Source: Octopus vulgaris | Lineage: Eukaryota | Assembly (NCBI GenBank): GCA_951406725.2 | Contig: OX597816.1 | Location: 128,030,001-128,094,000, forward strand | DNA: 64,000 bases | Direction of reading: 5' to 3' | In this document: positions 41,701 to 56,168 of the stretch, piece by piece | Layout of the letters: every line of letters begins with the position of its first letter | Numbering within the stretch: the stretch's first letter is position 1 | Notes under the pieces: generated by a model | Seen by the model: only the letters and a program-made list of their open reading frames with translations | The model's database searches: none | What the model was told of the DNA's origin: nothing | Program-made: the position numbers and the translations under genes

Positions 41701-42419
41701 TGTTGTCAGTAAAATAACTGACTGAAAGAAGCATAATTGTATGGCTGATACAAATGTTATATTATTTTATTGAACCTAATTCTTCATTAGCTATAGCAAA
41801 ATCAATTTAAAGATTATATACTTTGTTCATTTTATATGACTGCTTATCTGGATATACCAGAGGTTCTTATTTAAGAAATTATGTAAGGAAGAAAGGTTAA
41901 GATAGCTTATGACAATATCTAAACCCCAGCATCCCTCTACACAGTGCTCTTCAAACACATCTTTTGTTTTGTCATTATATATAAAATACTAATATTGTAA
42001 GTCATCAAATTGGTATTAAACCCGTTTCTTCTTTCTGTATCGAACTTACAACCAGTCCTAAAGTCTTCCACTCAATATCAAGTTAAATTACTTATGTGAT
42101 CTGTATATTTGAAAAAAAAAAACCCAGATCAACCAAGTCATACACACTCACAAGTGTTTTATTCTTTCTATATAAAAAAATGTGTGCATGATAAATATAT
42201 ATATATGCATTTGCATATACAAACGACAGAAAAGTACTCAATACATATAATGAAATTCATATATTTGAAGCTAAAGCTTGATTGTTACTACTAGTATCCC
42301 ATTTTTTGCAAATTTATTCAAGGCAACACATGAATGTGTGTGTGCACGCATGTTATAGAACATGCAAGAAATAGGTATTTGGAGTTGCAACGAACTTGAG
42401 TATCAGCTTGAATGAATAT

Positions 42420-42785
42420 CTATGTGTGTGTTACATATATATGTGCACATATTTGTATATCTATATGTATACAAATATATATACTTAATATATATATATA
42501 TATATATATACATACACAAATATATATACTTTATATATATATATGTACACACACACACATATATACTTATATATAAATATATCTATACATATATGCACAC
42601 ATATATGTAATTATATATGTGTATGTATATGTATCTCTATATAAGAATGTTTGCATATATATATTATTTGCATCAATATTTAAGTTTGAGTGTTTGTGTG
42701 TGTGTGTCTGTAAATATATATGTATATAAAATATATATATATAAACACATGCATACACATGTGTGTGTATTTGTAAATATATATG
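42420..42785. repeat. (TA)n/(CA)n compound microsatellite
   Basis: Direct reading. Confidence 0.85.
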
Positions 42786-43294
42786 ACTGAGCGAAAGTGT
42801 AAAATTATATAAATTATGAAATTAGCATGGTTAGTGTCTTGAGCAATATAGCCTGCAACTTATATTTGCTGCATTCTATATTGCAATGTTTTAGGAACTG
42901 TGTACAAAGAGCACTAAAATTTGGAGAATATACATAAATTATAGCAAATATTCTAATTTAATTCATAAAAATTACAAAGTCTAGATTACGTATTGCATAA
43001 ACACCCTTATTGATATTTGATCTTTGTTTCTAAACAAGACAAACATTTAGTAGGAAATACTGAATATTTATGATTGGCAGATTAGCTGAGCAGCTAAAAC
43101 TTGTCATTGTTATCCACATAAAAAAAAAAAAAATCTCTTGAGCCATACTTTTAACATGATCCAGTAAACTGCATCAGTCACCTTAGAATATTTCACATTG
43201 AGTTTCTCTGATATAGAAACAAACAAAAGAAAATAATAAACATGTTTTACATCATTTCATATGGCAAGTTCTGAGGTATACTAGAAATTGACTG

Positions 43295-43305
43295 TAATAA
43301 TAATA

Positions 43306-43336
<31 letters not shown>

Positions 43337-43360
43337 CAATAATAATAATAATAACAACAA
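43295..43360. repeat. (AAT)n microsatellite
   Basis: Direct reading. Confidence 0.9.
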
Positions 43361-43678
43361 CCATTAAGATGCTTGCAATGGTGCTACTTCATGTCATTCA
43401 TTTAATGTTACTTTTTTTGCTTTATTTCAAAACCTACCAAAATTTACTTGGAAATTGATTTTTTTTTTCTCTTTCTCTTTAGGTTTCATCTATTTTCTTT
43501 TGTTTTTCTTTTCTCTTTCTCTCTCCATTTTTTTTTCTTTGCTCTTACTCAAAGTGATAGTAAAATATAAGTGAAATTTTTAGTCATTATTCAAAAATAA
43601 TAGAAATTACTGTTCTATATGTTTATTCATATTTTGGAATCAAAATATTTTGTTTTGTTTGTTTATTTTTCTTCTTTC

Positions 43679-43971
43679 TTACACTCTTTCAACAGAAAAT
43701 AACTTTTGTAACAAAAGCAGTAATTCAGTTGTCTCAAATTCCTTTCTTCTTCCACAATTCTGAGTATTTGATGTGGTTATTTTAATGGTCATAGAAATGT
43801 TTTCTGATTTATTCCAACTGTCAATATAAGGCCTATTCAGCTTGCTATATGATATTATGTTAGACATAAACTGAGTAAAAGAACAACCAAATTCAACTAA
43901 ACTTGAAGAGAGAGCAAGAAGTGATGGTAACAGAAAATAGCTATCCATTGTTACAACGGCATAAGTGAGAT
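43679..43971 (-). CDS. Candidate coding exon of - strand gene, possible ACT-like domain
   Basis: ORF 43679-43948 extends to a ctctttttAG acceptor just after an in-frame stop; ends at GT|GTAAGA donor or TAA; non-repetitive, protein-like sequence. Confidence 0.4.
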
Positions 43972-45581
43972 CTAAAAAGAGCTAAATCAATGTTCTTTAG
44001 AATGGTTACTCCTCCTTCTCCTCAAGTGCACTTGAATCTTGGTTAGTTTTCTTCACGCTTGTCTAAGTGTATTTTTCTAATGGTTCTATGGTTGTTTGAA
44101 CCAAGTTGTTTTAATTTGTAGTAATTATGGCTGTAGGTCAGATAAACTACTTAAGTGTTTCATTTGTTTTCAATTATATTTTAACAGGTTTTCTTTTTAA
44201 TTTTAGTAAAGAAAAAAGAAATAAATACTGGATATCATTGAAATGTTAGGGTCTTGTGTCATAAATCAAGTCAATATAATACACCTACATTTGTCAGTCT
44301 CTTTCATTACCATAACCCTAATTTGTTTAACATTATGGCAATTACTGCCATTGATGAATGAGACAGAAAAAAAAATACCCATTTGGATGCTAAATGTTGA
44401 AACTTTTAGTTGTTGCCTATACTGAATAATAGTTGTTGAAGAAATTTCTGATTTTTTAAATACATTTTTATGATAAGAACTCACAAAAAATAAAATGTTA
44501 TTTTTTATTACATACAAAGAGAATAAGAAACAGATCTCTATGTACAACCATATAGGGTGAAATGACTGTACTTTTGCAAACTGTACTTAAAATTTTTTTC
44601 TTTTTTTTTGTGTGTGGTTCAACTACTGATTATGATAGATGCTTCTGTTCTGGAATTCTCATTGGAATGAAATTCAAACTTGGTTCTGCAAAGTGCTAAC
44701 AATATTTTCAAAACAGAAGTATACAATAGTGAAAGCTATCACATTGGTGGATAGGCATATCACTAGTTATACAACACATTTATCATAGAAACCCAACTGA
44801 TAAGGTCTAAAAAGGAAAAGGGGCTTTCAAAATATTTGATTACAATGATTATTAAAAAGAAATATTTGACCATATAAAATATATTTAATTATAAGAGATA
44901 ATTATTTATTTCATCATTTAGAATTATTAAGAATTTTTTTATAAACATATTCTTACAAGATACTGGAGAATTATTAGAAAGTTGTGTTACATAAATACTG
45001 TTTATTCTATTACCAATTGGTGTGATTTTAGAAAATTAGATGGAAATGGGCATATTAATGTTGAATAAAATTCTAGAACTGCCTCTCCTTTTATAACTTT
45101 GAGAATATATTCAAACAAATCGTTTTTATTAAAAGAATCCAATAAAGATATTCAATATGACAAGAACCAACTTGATTTATTCCTCTTTTTTCTGCAACTC
45201 CAGTATTTCAAAAAAAAATTAATAAAAGTTAATTTGCTATTAACACTTTCAACATTGAGTCAGACCTTTCTATCACAGCAAAGTCTGATTCCTCCAACAG
45301 CATTAAAGCTTAACTAGATTTGATGGTTTCCTTTAGTTCACAATCATTTCATATATATTCACTTAGTGCTCCAATCATCATTTAGTATATTCCGTTTTAG
45401 ATTAATTTATTTGCTATAATATTTTGAAAGAAATATTTATTCACAGCTCATAATTTTAAGTATCACCTGAGAGACACAAATTATTACCAATGTGTTATAT
45501 ACTATATTACTGTAAAAAAAAATAACTATTAAAAGTATTAATTTTATTATCACAATCATATTCTGAATCTATGTTATTTAA

Positions 45582-45777
45582 TAAATAGTTCAAATGGTGG
45601 GATAAATTCTATGCTGTGAGGAAGAAGAGATGTCTAATGTTTCATCGAGTATCCATCATTGGAAAAAGATTAAATGTCAACTGACATTTTATCATCCCTG
45701 ATAAAGGGCACTGCTCAAAACATTAGACTTTCTTCTTTCCCACAGCTTAAAATTAATTCTACTATTTGGATTATTTG
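45582..45777. repeat. Degenerate palindrome (~95-bp arms)
   Basis: gctgtgaggaagaagagatgtctaatgttt / aaacattagactttcttctttcccacagc; axis aaatgtcaactgacattt. Confidence 0.7.
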
Positions 45778-48589
45778 TATTACTTTTTGATAATACAGAA
45801 CATCACTAGTTTTTTCAGATTCTGATGTTTTACTTTTTAAATAGATTAGCAAAATCTCGGACCATTGATATATTTATTTTAGTTTCCTAAGCCTCTCTCT
45901 TACTGGATGAAAAATTTTATTTCATAGCTATACCATGATACGAAATATGACCTGTATTATATGTGTTACAAATTATTGACCTGTAAACAGAACATTAGTA
46001 CATCACTTAGCATTGAAGCCATAGTTTCTAAAATTTTGTAAATGAACATTTAAAAAAAAATTAGTCTTCATTTCTTAAAGGCATTCATACGAAATGAAAT
46101 AAGATGTCCTTAAGTATCTCTGAGTACATCATTAAAATTGTTTTCATATACTCTGTAAGATTTTATCTGTGATATTGATATTTCATTATATCCTCCAATT
46201 ATTCGGAACAAGCAAGTCAGAACAGTGACTTAGTATGGCTCACTTTAACTAAAACTATTACACAACTTGATATCTACAATATCCAGTTAATTATGGTATG
46301 ATATGAAATTTAATTCACTGTCACTTTTTTTTTTTTTTTTATAATGGAGATCAATACTTCGAGGTCAAAAATTCCCATTTCAGAGTCTGATGATTTCAAA
46401 TTTATCAAGATCAAACCTGAAGTTCTATGCTGAATATTTGCAACTTCAACAATTATTAGAATAAATATTACACATATAACATCCTGCTAAATGATATTTA
46501 TATTATTTGAATATACAAAATATTACTGTTAATGTTTTATAGTTTTACTGGTTGACCGATGTCATTCATACACACTTACAAAAGTTAATTTCAACTATTC
46601 ATTTCATTCCAAGTATTAGAAAAATCAAAACTGACCAGTCACTGACCAATTTCAGAGGGATTTTTTTTCTTTTGACACTGATTTGTACTTTGAACAACCT
46701 TTAACTGTGCACTACCACAAATAAACCCAGGAAAGTGATTTTTGCAACTTGTGAAGAAATTTAACATATTTCAAGCACTTCTATTTTGTGTTCCATGACT
46801 CTCTGTTCAGGTTAGACTATAATTGAATTAAGAATATTTCCCAATTTGTCATTATTTATATACTGGAGGTAACAGTTGTGAAGTCTTTAACTCTAGCCCA
46901 ACCTTATCTATGTGTAACCTCATCTATTATAAATTTTAACTTTATATTTACTTCCAAGTTCTCACTTTAAAAGTTAAACATATATATCTTCTATTCTGAC
47001 ATGGGTTTTAAGTATTCCCCAAACAAACGACATCTCATTAGAGTCAATTTCTATAATCCCATGAACCTTACAACAAATTTATTCTCTTAGTATTTTTCCC
47101 ATTTTCATAATGTAAATGCCATCCAAAAGTTATTTACTCATGTTTAATGTTTCAATGGTAGATTTTCTTTTCTATTCCCTTAACATTTTGTAGTGGCAAC
47201 TATTCTGTTGCTAAATGTACTTGCTTCCTACTGTTCCTATTTTTATTTCATTTTTTTTTTATTATCCATTGATTTCCTTTTCAGTTCTCAGTAATTGCTG
47301 CTCTTTGCACAGCCATAAATAATTACACACCAACTTTTCATTCCCCCAATGATTATTTCTATAAAGGTATAAACAGATTTAAGTCTATTGTTATACAATA
47401 GTAACTAATGTAACATCAGCTCCTCCAACATATGACTGGAATAATGAAGATGTTTATTTACAATTACTACTGACTGCGTCTGTTTTGGTAAGTGTGTATG
47501 CGTGCTTTTGAAAGAAGTTACCACTTGTGTTTCTTCTGACACTTTTGCTTTACAAAGATAAAATAAACCAAAATGAGGTAGGAATATTTATAGTTTTTAT
47601 TTATAGTCATATGTAATGAATAAAAAAATAAGCATATTATTTAAAAATGAAAAATTTCACTCATGAAGAAATGTTAATCACAGATCATTTAGAAATGAAA
47701 CCCAAGTAATATACAATCATTTACACTAAACAATAACCACACCCTTCCAGTAAACAATGTAACTAACACAGGTTAAGATAAACTTCAGAAGCATTTACAT
47801 GAAAATGCATTTTAGACATGGAAAAGTTAAATTGCTGATCTTCAGAACTCCAATATACATGGTGTTTTAAAAGTATATCTTTAACACAGTTAACTATCTG
47901 GAATGAAGTTTGCATTCAGTAGCATTCTTAACCATATTTAACAAAACATTCAATTAACAAGCCATTCATCACTGAGAATTTCTAGTACTTACTACAAATG
48001 AACCAGGCTATCTTTTCGGTTCCTCGACTGCTATTAGAACGATCTATGCTTTTATGCTTAAAAAGATCAAAAATTCTTTTGTTGATACACATTTTTTAAA
48101 ACTATTCCATTACCTGCCAATTAATAATCTTAACAATTTCTGCAAAGGATTTAAGATGTTGGTTTATGCAGCTATCCAATTCTTTAAATGTTTAGATACT
48201 TCAATAGTTCTAACGCAGCTCAGTAAAAGAAAATTGTAATGATGAGTATTGCTAGTGAATAAATTGGTACCTTTTAATTTTTTTCTTTTAAATTTGTTAC
48301 TACTGTAAATTATTGACAGAGATAATATACTTTTGTTGATTACAAAATTTCTTGGGGAGAATTTTCCTATTGCCTATTCCTGGATTACGGAAAGATTTGA
48401 TTCTAATAGTGCATGTTATTCAGCAATTATACTGTATCTCCTATTCTCACTGTTTAGTGAGCATAGACAGTTTGTACAATATATACTTATATCACCAATT
48501 ACAAGATATCAGGTGAGCATGTAGGACTATTTTGTTTTTAAAAAAGTACTAACTTTATTCATTGTAAAATATATTAGGTGTATGTGGTA

Positions 48590-50320
48590 TATAGAATAAT
48601 ATGAAAGTAGGATTTATTCAAATAAATGATACATCTTCCATAAACAAAATAATTAGAAGTGAATGTGGGAAACAGGAGCTGAAGAAGTGTATAAAAGTTT
48701 TTAAAAAACAAGATGTAAAGAAAACAGTAGCAAAGTTACAGAAAGCCAATCAAAAAATGTTTGAAGAATGTATGGATTCAGAGTTGTCAGAGATCAACTT
48801 GAAGGATTAAGTGGGAAAAATTGTGGATCCTCATAGAATTAAGGTAAGTTGAAAGAGATATATGGAGAGGTTGTTGAAAGTAGAGGAAGAATAAGAAGTC
48901 AATATGAATAACAACCATCTTCAAGGTTCAGTAGAAAAGATGAGAAAGCATTAGGAGTAATAGATAGTAAAAAAACAGAAGGGTCAACTACAGTTACAAG
49001 AGGAGCGATAAAGGCAGGGGTCAAGGTGAGAAGAAAATAATTGATCTGTTGGATGGTAGTGAAAAAAAGGACCATATTCTAGAGGATCCAAAGTTGAGTA
49101 TTCTCATTCTTCTTTACAGGATTAAATGGGATCCCCTGGTATGTGGCTCATTTAGTGCTATGAAGTTATTTGAAGCATGGAGTGAAGGTAGTGGGACAAG
49201 TCATAAAGAAAAGATCAATGAATTGAAGTTTGGATTTAAGCCAAGGAAAATTATTGATGCATTTTTCTTTTCAAGGCAATTATATGAGAAGTACAGGGAC
49301 ATGAGAGGGACGTAGCTTGCATTTTTGTTCAGAAGAAAACTTTTAATAAGGTGTATGTGAAGTGACATGGACACTGAGAGAGTTAAGAGAATATTGGTTT
49401 GTTTGAGTTGTGATGTTGATATGTAAGAGAACACACAGTCATATACACAAAGGATAGGAACAATGGATTTGAAATGAAGGTTGGTGTGCACCAGGAGTCA
49501 ATATTAAACCCACTACTATTTGTAGTTGTGATGGATGTGCTGCCTTGAAGCATAAAGGAAGGTTTACCATGGAAGTTGCTGTAAACATAAGATCTGGTAT
49601 TAATAGCAGACAGTAATAATGGATTGAAGTATTGGTGAAAGGAAAATATGAAACTAAATATCAGAAAGGGAAAGGTGATGACAAGTGGTAAGCATATGAG
49701 GAAATAGAAGAACAGGGAAGTGATTGTGGGCAGAAAGGGTGTTCATGTAAACTTCATTAAATGTGCAATATGCACTGGGTGAGTTCATAAAGAATGCAGT
49801 GGTATGAGAGGGTTATCAACCAATACAACAACTACATTTAAGTGTGAAGTGCATTTGAGGCAAGCTGAAGATGGAAGGTACAAAAACATTTCATTCCTCA
49901 GGAAATTTTGAATTGGATAAGATGATTTAAACTCAACAATCTATTTCTTTATTACCCACAAGGGGCTAAACATAGAGGAGATAAACAAGGACAGACACAG
50001 GTATTAAGTCAATTACATCGACCCCAGTGCGTAACTGGTACTTAATTTATCAACCCCGAAAGGATGAAAAGCAAAGTCGACCTTGGCGGAATTTGAACTC
50101 AGAACATAACGGCAGACAAAATACTGCTAAGCATTTCGCTCAGCATGCTAACATTTCTGCCGGCTCACCACCTTACTCAACAATAATGACTAGAATGAGA
50201 TGTGCATGGAAGAAGTTCTGGGAACTGACTCCTGTTCTAACGAGAACAGAAGCATTGCTAAAACTGAAGGGAAAGGTGCATACTGCATGTGTGAGGGGTG
50301 ATATGGTTTATACCAGAGTA
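48590..50320 (+). pseudogene. Decayed RTE-clade LINE RT region
   Basis: Frameshifted motifs FGFKPRKIIDAFFFSRQLYEKY, VGVHQESILNPLLFVVVMDVL, GLPWKLL, VHKECSG and RMRCAWKKFWELTPVL...LKLKGKVHTACVR. Confidence 0.8.
49942..50172 (-). mobile_element. tRNA-derived SINE (family 1) inserted into an RTE LINE
   Basis: Same family; TSD actcaacaat at 49931 and 50175; LINE coding remnant continues on both sides. Confidence 0.88.
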
Positions 50321-51082
50321 CCTCCCAAAACTGGAAACAATTAAGTACTATCCCAGCCAAATTAGATCGCCCATGAAGAAAATCCAGCAATATCACTACA
50401 TGTAATCACCATAAACTGTGAACTCATAAAGTTGTACAATCTTACCAGAATGAAAGACAACTCAGAATAATGAAACACAACCAAATATATATATTCCATC
50501 AACAGCTACCTAATGGATATCACTATGGTTTTGACACCTGGGCTGTACCAATCAGTCCAGCGATGTCAGTAACATTAAAAACATAAATTCCGTATGGAAA
50601 TCAATGAACAAGTAGGGTGAGTGAAACATTAGTACAAAATGTCTATTATGCCAACACCTGCTTATTACAAATACTAGTATCAGAGAAAATGGAACTGGCG
50701 AATTTAAGATATTGAGTAAAACTTACTAAACAACTCATTTATAACTTGGAAAATAATGACAACCCAAGGAGCAACAAACCTAGCACTTCAAACATATAGA
50801 TTAAGTAATGAACATAGACCAATAGATATACTGTTTCTCATTCTATAACATATTCTAAAAATGAAAACACATGAAAAACAAAGGGAATATATACTAGTGG
50901 AACAATATACCTTTTTCCAATGCCCCTGAACCATGTGTAAAGGAAGTCAATATCTATTATTTTAGAAAATAAAATACTTGTTAAAAATAAAACAAATGTA
51001 AATAAATAATATAAATTTAAATATGACACCTCCAAATTATAGCAAATTACCTAACTGCAAACAATCCAAACAACTTGTTTAA

Positions 51083-51440
51083 TCATCATCATCATCATCA
51101 TTAAACGTCCGCTTTCCATGCTAGCATGGGTTGGACGATTTGACTGAGGGCTGGTGAACCAGATGGCGGCACCAAACTCCAATCTTGATCTGGCAGAGTT
51201 TCTATAGCTGGATGCCCTTCCTAATGCCAACCATTCCAAGAGTGTAGTGGGTACTTTTACATGCCACCAGCACAAGGGCCAGTGAGGCGGTACTGGCAAC
51301 AGCCATGCTCAAATGGTATTTTTTATGTGCCACCTGCACAGGAGCCAGTCCAGCAGCACTGACAATGATCTCGCTCGAATATTTCGTCATGTGCTATCAG
51401 CACAAGTGCCAGTAAGGAGACGCTGGTAACGATCATGCTC
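51083..51440 (-). mobile_element. RTE-type 3' end repeat
   Basis: Same family; begins with (cat)n tract. Confidence 0.8.
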
Positions 51441-53039
51441 GAAAAAGGGATAAAACGGCTACTGCTTAGGAGTAATTCAAACTAAACCTATATCTAACAA
51501 ATAAATAATTATAGAAAGAATTTAAACTAAGTTTCACATAAAACCTATAAAAATTTTAAAAAGTGACTAAAACAAACCTAAATAGGATACAGAGTAATGA
51601 ATGCTGAACAGCAGAAAAAGTTGGTAAAAATGGAAATGAAAATGGTTCCGAGGATGAACAGGGTACCTCTGAGAAAAAAAAGGAAGACAATAAAATGCAG
51701 AGAATGATGGAAAGAGCATCAGTGATGGCTAGGTCATACAGTAAGAAAGGATGATGGAAATTAATATGAAATGAGAAAAGTGAGAAGAATATGAAGAAGG
51801 AAATGAAAAAGGAGTTGTTGAGGAGGGCTTTGGGGATAGATCAGAATGAGCAAGATTGTTATAAGGTCTGTAAGGCTAACTCTTTTTTTATTGTAAACAA
51901 CTATAGATACAACAAGCCATTGAGAGCTATGATATGCCAGAAATGACAACCATCCCTTTGTGTTCACTTTAAAAATGAAGGATATATATTGTAGTGTAGT
52001 GTTTGCAACATTGTTGCTAACTAAAAAAGGGAATAGTCAAAGTTGATTGTCTACTACTCAGAATTCTTCTTAGAAAGGTTATAAGATCATTCATTTTTTA
52101 AAATAACAAAAATAAAGATGATAAATTTGGTATTAGAAATTGTTACTTTGAAACTCTTTATAAAGAAAAAAAAATATCACCAATGTATTAGGATACTGAT
52201 GACAAGGGAGAAGTTGGGCATTGGATTTGAGCAAAAGAAATTTCAGAAAGCCAGTCACTATTATTCAGAATTAATATTTTAATGTTGACTACCTTAAAGA
52301 TCAATGGAGTTGATACAAAAATTTGGTTTTCTTTGTATTTAGCAGATGAGGGATAAATTTCTTTTTGGATGTGCAAATACATTACAAAAAATATTTTCTA
52401 TATTTTCCTTCATCTATATCAACAATGTAAACAGATGAATAGATTAATAGTGGGAGTAAATGTCATGGTCATTCCAATAATGATGTTATATGTCTACCAA
52501 AAATTAGAATTGGTATTTTCTACAAGTTACACTTCAGTAAACTTGATATATCTCAGTACAAAAGAGTTTCAAGCAAGACATTCCTCAATAAAAGATAGAT
52601 TGGCATACAGAGCTACCTTCTACTGTTGAAATAAGGAAATTCTGAATGGATATATCTGATTTTCATGGTAAAATGGTTGAGACACTACATAACACCCGAA
52701 CTATAGATTAATTCCTAAACCCAATACTGGTTATGAAATAAATTAACAAATTAGTCACTTTTTAGTCTATTATATTGGTCAAAGATCACAAGTTTAGGGG
52801 CAAGATAGGTCAGTTATATTGACAACAGTACTTAACTGATATTAATCATATCACTGACTGAAAAAGGATAAAAGGCAAAGTGAAGCCTCATTGGGATTTC
52901 ACCTTTTTTAGATTTCCATCAATTTTTTTTAGTCAATATTAAATATTTCCATGTTTATACATTAATACAAGCATCTTATTTTTAATGTAAGAAAATCTAG
53001 AATCATTACTAGAAATTATAATCTGGTCGAGTTTGTTTG

Positions 53040-53760
53040 GTCATTTTTAACCCTCACATGCCATAAACCTTAGTCCTGCATTAATTGAGGAGAGGAGGTC
53101 TTTGCAGAAGCATCCAATGTCTCTGATGAGTTGATCTATATACATTGTGTTTGGGAAACCTGCTTGCAAACAGCTATGCTTTGACATCCATAGCATTAAG
53201 TCATGTTTCAGCTCTTATTCAGCTCACCAGCAATGGTGGAAACAGGCAGGAGATCTCCATACAATTATTTCTTAGTGAGATGAGTTCTCCAAGATATGTT
53301 TAAGACTGTCCTTCAGATTCAGGTGATAGTTCCATCTAGCTTGAATTTCATTTTTTTTGGTAAGTGTCCTGGCTGTTGCTCCATATAATGACTGACTCTA
53401 CGATTACACGGAAAAAATTTCCGACAAGGTTGATTTCCAGACAACATCCAGTTGAGTACTGACCATTACTTTTGGCTATTTGAGTTTTTACATCCATTTC
53501 AATTGAAGCTATCTCAAAACCAAGGTATGTGAAATCATCAACTTGAATGATGGGATCTCTGATGTTGGTGATGGATCCTTGCTGGTTGTGTGCAATGAAC
53601 TTGGTTTTACTTGGATTAACAAATTGTCTATCTTGAACAGTTAATACTAGACTATGAGATAATTGGGTGGAGTTAGAGAGGAGGATTAAATCATCAGCAT
53701 AGGTGACATCAGTTAATTTTTGAGCTAAATGTCTGACCAATATTCTTTTCATGAAGTATA
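53040..53760 (-). pseudogene. Non-LTR (RTE/RTE-X-like) RT 3' fragment
   Basis: ORF 53348-53752: LTDVTYADDLILLS...VNPSKTKFI...VDDFTYLG. Confidence 0.75.
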
Positions 53761-54442
53761 AAATATGGGCTGTCTAAATTATCAAATGATGTTCTGAGGA
53801 AATGATCCAGAGTGAGTGTGTAGAGAAAAACTAGAAATCAGTGTAACATATTAGAAATTAATAATTGTTCCCAGTAAACTTTTGATAAAAACTTTAGCAA
53901 TGTTACTGATTATAGAAAAGCAAAACAAATAATCACTAGATACACATATAAGAGCATTGTGTGACAATTTATCCTAAACTCATTTATCTTTCATCTACCA
54001 CAGGCATCTATATTAATTTTGAGCATATAAATAAAATTTGCTTTTTACAATTACTTGAGTAAAAAGAAACACAATCTATTTTGTGATAAAGTGTATGATG
54101 CATGTAAGTGATAAAAGAGAGATAAGGCAGTGCTCCAGCATGGCCATGGTTCATGAAAACCAAATTGTGGAAACTAAATAATATTCTTAATGGTTTGGAA
54201 TTAAGAAATGAATGGCTCATGTAGTATTTTATATTGAATTAGGTTACAAAAATATAAATTCAATACAATATATGCTGAGTGAACAAGATATAAATCTTGA
54301 AAAATTATGGATGGCAATCTAAATGAAAGGCAATGTGATCCATACAGAAGTTAGCGAAGTAGTGAAGTTTTCATCTGGTTGTTAAACATGCATACAAATA
54401 TAGATGTCTATGAAGATACACACACTCACACACATGTACATA

Positions 54443-54488
<46 letters not shown>

Positions 54489-55195
54489 TACATACAAACA
54501 TATACACATAAAAACATATTTATATAGCTTTATAACAATATATGGGTCAGTAGGTAAAATGTTCATTTTGCAACCCTATACTTCTGGTTTCAGTTCCAAT
54601 GCAAGACAACTTAGTCAAGTCTCTTCTACTAAAATTCAAGTGGACCAATGAATTGTGAAAGGATATAAATACAAGCATTGGTGTGTGAGTGTGCATGTAT
54701 GTGCGTTTGTGTGAGTTTATGTATGTATGTATATATATATACATATATATATATAAGTAAAAATCATCATCATCCGTATCATTGTTCTGCTGTCCATGAT
54801 TCCATGCTTGCAGGGATGAGACAAGTTTTGAAACAGATTTTCTAAATCCAGAGGCTCTTCTTTGTCATCCTACACTTATTTCTAAGGTAAATATTTTCTC
54901 ATAGCTGAACATGCTTCTATGCAAGACTAGAAATGAAAGACCTTACTTGTATGACAGTAACGCTTGCTTGCAAGTATGTGTTATTTGCAAGATCCAATTG
55001 AATCAAGATATTTGTTCATCAATAAAAAACATGTATGAAATGGCTGCAGTGAAACTTGACCTATTTGTGTTATATATATATATATATATATATTCATGTG
55101 TGTGTGTATATGTAATATTAGAGCCTCATGTCATAAACAACTGATAAGGGTTTGACAATATTTTGCTGAACAATATGCATGGATCTAATGTTTGT

Positions 55196-55426
55196 TATTT
55201 CTTTATTGCCCACATGGGGCTAAACATAGCGGGGACAAACAAGGACAGACAAAAGGATTAAGTCGATTACATCGACCCCAATGCAAAATTGGTACTTATT
55301 TAATCGACCCCGAAAGGATGAAAGGCTCAGTCAACCTTGGTGGAATCTGAACTCAGAATGTAGCGGCAGACAAAATACCACTAAGCATTTCGCCCGGCGT
55401 GCTAACATTTCTGCCAGCTCGCCGCC
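55196..55426 (-). mobile_element. tRNA-derived SINE (family 1) with 17-bp TSD
   Basis: Reverse complement of 58250-58497; TSD atggatc(t/c)aatgtttgt at 55179 and 55429. Confidence 0.88.
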
Positions 55427-55648
55427 TAATGGATCCAATGTTTGTAATGTACATTTGCTTACTCCCTCCGACAAATCAACATTGACTGTACAGGTGTATA
55501 GAAAGCCACATGTCAGATGTCAAAGGAGGCACTGAGTGATGAGAAATGAAGTATTTTGCTCAAGAACACAGTGCAGTGCCAGTTCTAGGAACTGAAACCA
55601 TTTTTCAATTGTGAGCATGACATTCTGACTGGTAGGTCACACACAATC

Positions 55649-55679
<31 letters not shown>

Positions 55680-55948
55680 GATGTCACTGTGACCGACCAG
55701 GCTATCAGATGTTGCTACACATCGCTGGTCATAATGCGCTTTGCATTCTTTTAGCTTTCAAATGACGCCACCTCGCTGGCTAAGTGAGCAGGCCAACAAG
55801 AAGAAAGATTGAGAGAAAGTTGTGGCGAAAGAGTACAGCAAGGATTGCCAGAGCCACGTGGAGCTTTAGGTGTTTTCGCTCAATAAACACTCATAATGCC
55901 CAGTCTGAGAATCAAAACTGATCCTACAACCACAAGTCCGCTGCCCTA
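55680..55948 (-). mobile_element. tRNA-derived SINE family 3
   Basis: GC-richer block between (TA)n tracts ending in a reverse B-box-like head (gagaatcaaaactgatcctacaaccacaagtccgctgcccta). Confidence 0.55.
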
Positions 55949-56001
55949 CATATATATATATATATATATATGCCTCCACATATATACATATGCGTGTGTG
56001 T

Positions 56002-56037
<36 letters not shown>

Positions 56038-56039
<2 letters not shown>

Positions 56040-56168
56040 TTATTTTATAGAAGGAACTTCTACAGGACTAGAACTGTTTCATTCAGAAGAAATCATCATC
56101 AGCTTCCTGATGATTTCTTCTGAATGAAACAGTTCTAGTCCTGTAGAAGCTCCTTCTATAAAATAAAT
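56038..56168. repeat. Near-perfect palindrome (61-bp arms, 1 mismatch) with CTGATGA...GAAAC core
   Basis: Arms 56038-56098 and 56108-56168, loop tcagcttcc. Confidence 0.9.

Noticed and set aside
40040-42110. Small candidate - strand exons (~40126-40186, 41300-41440, 42051-42102)
   Set aside because: Splice-like signals are common by chance in AT-rich DNA; one has stops in all frames and no coherent model could be built
50027-50344. ORFs MRNWYLIYQPRKDE... and MQNWYLFNRPRKDE... (55281)
   Set aside because: Antisense SINE readings; the first runs into LINE remnant
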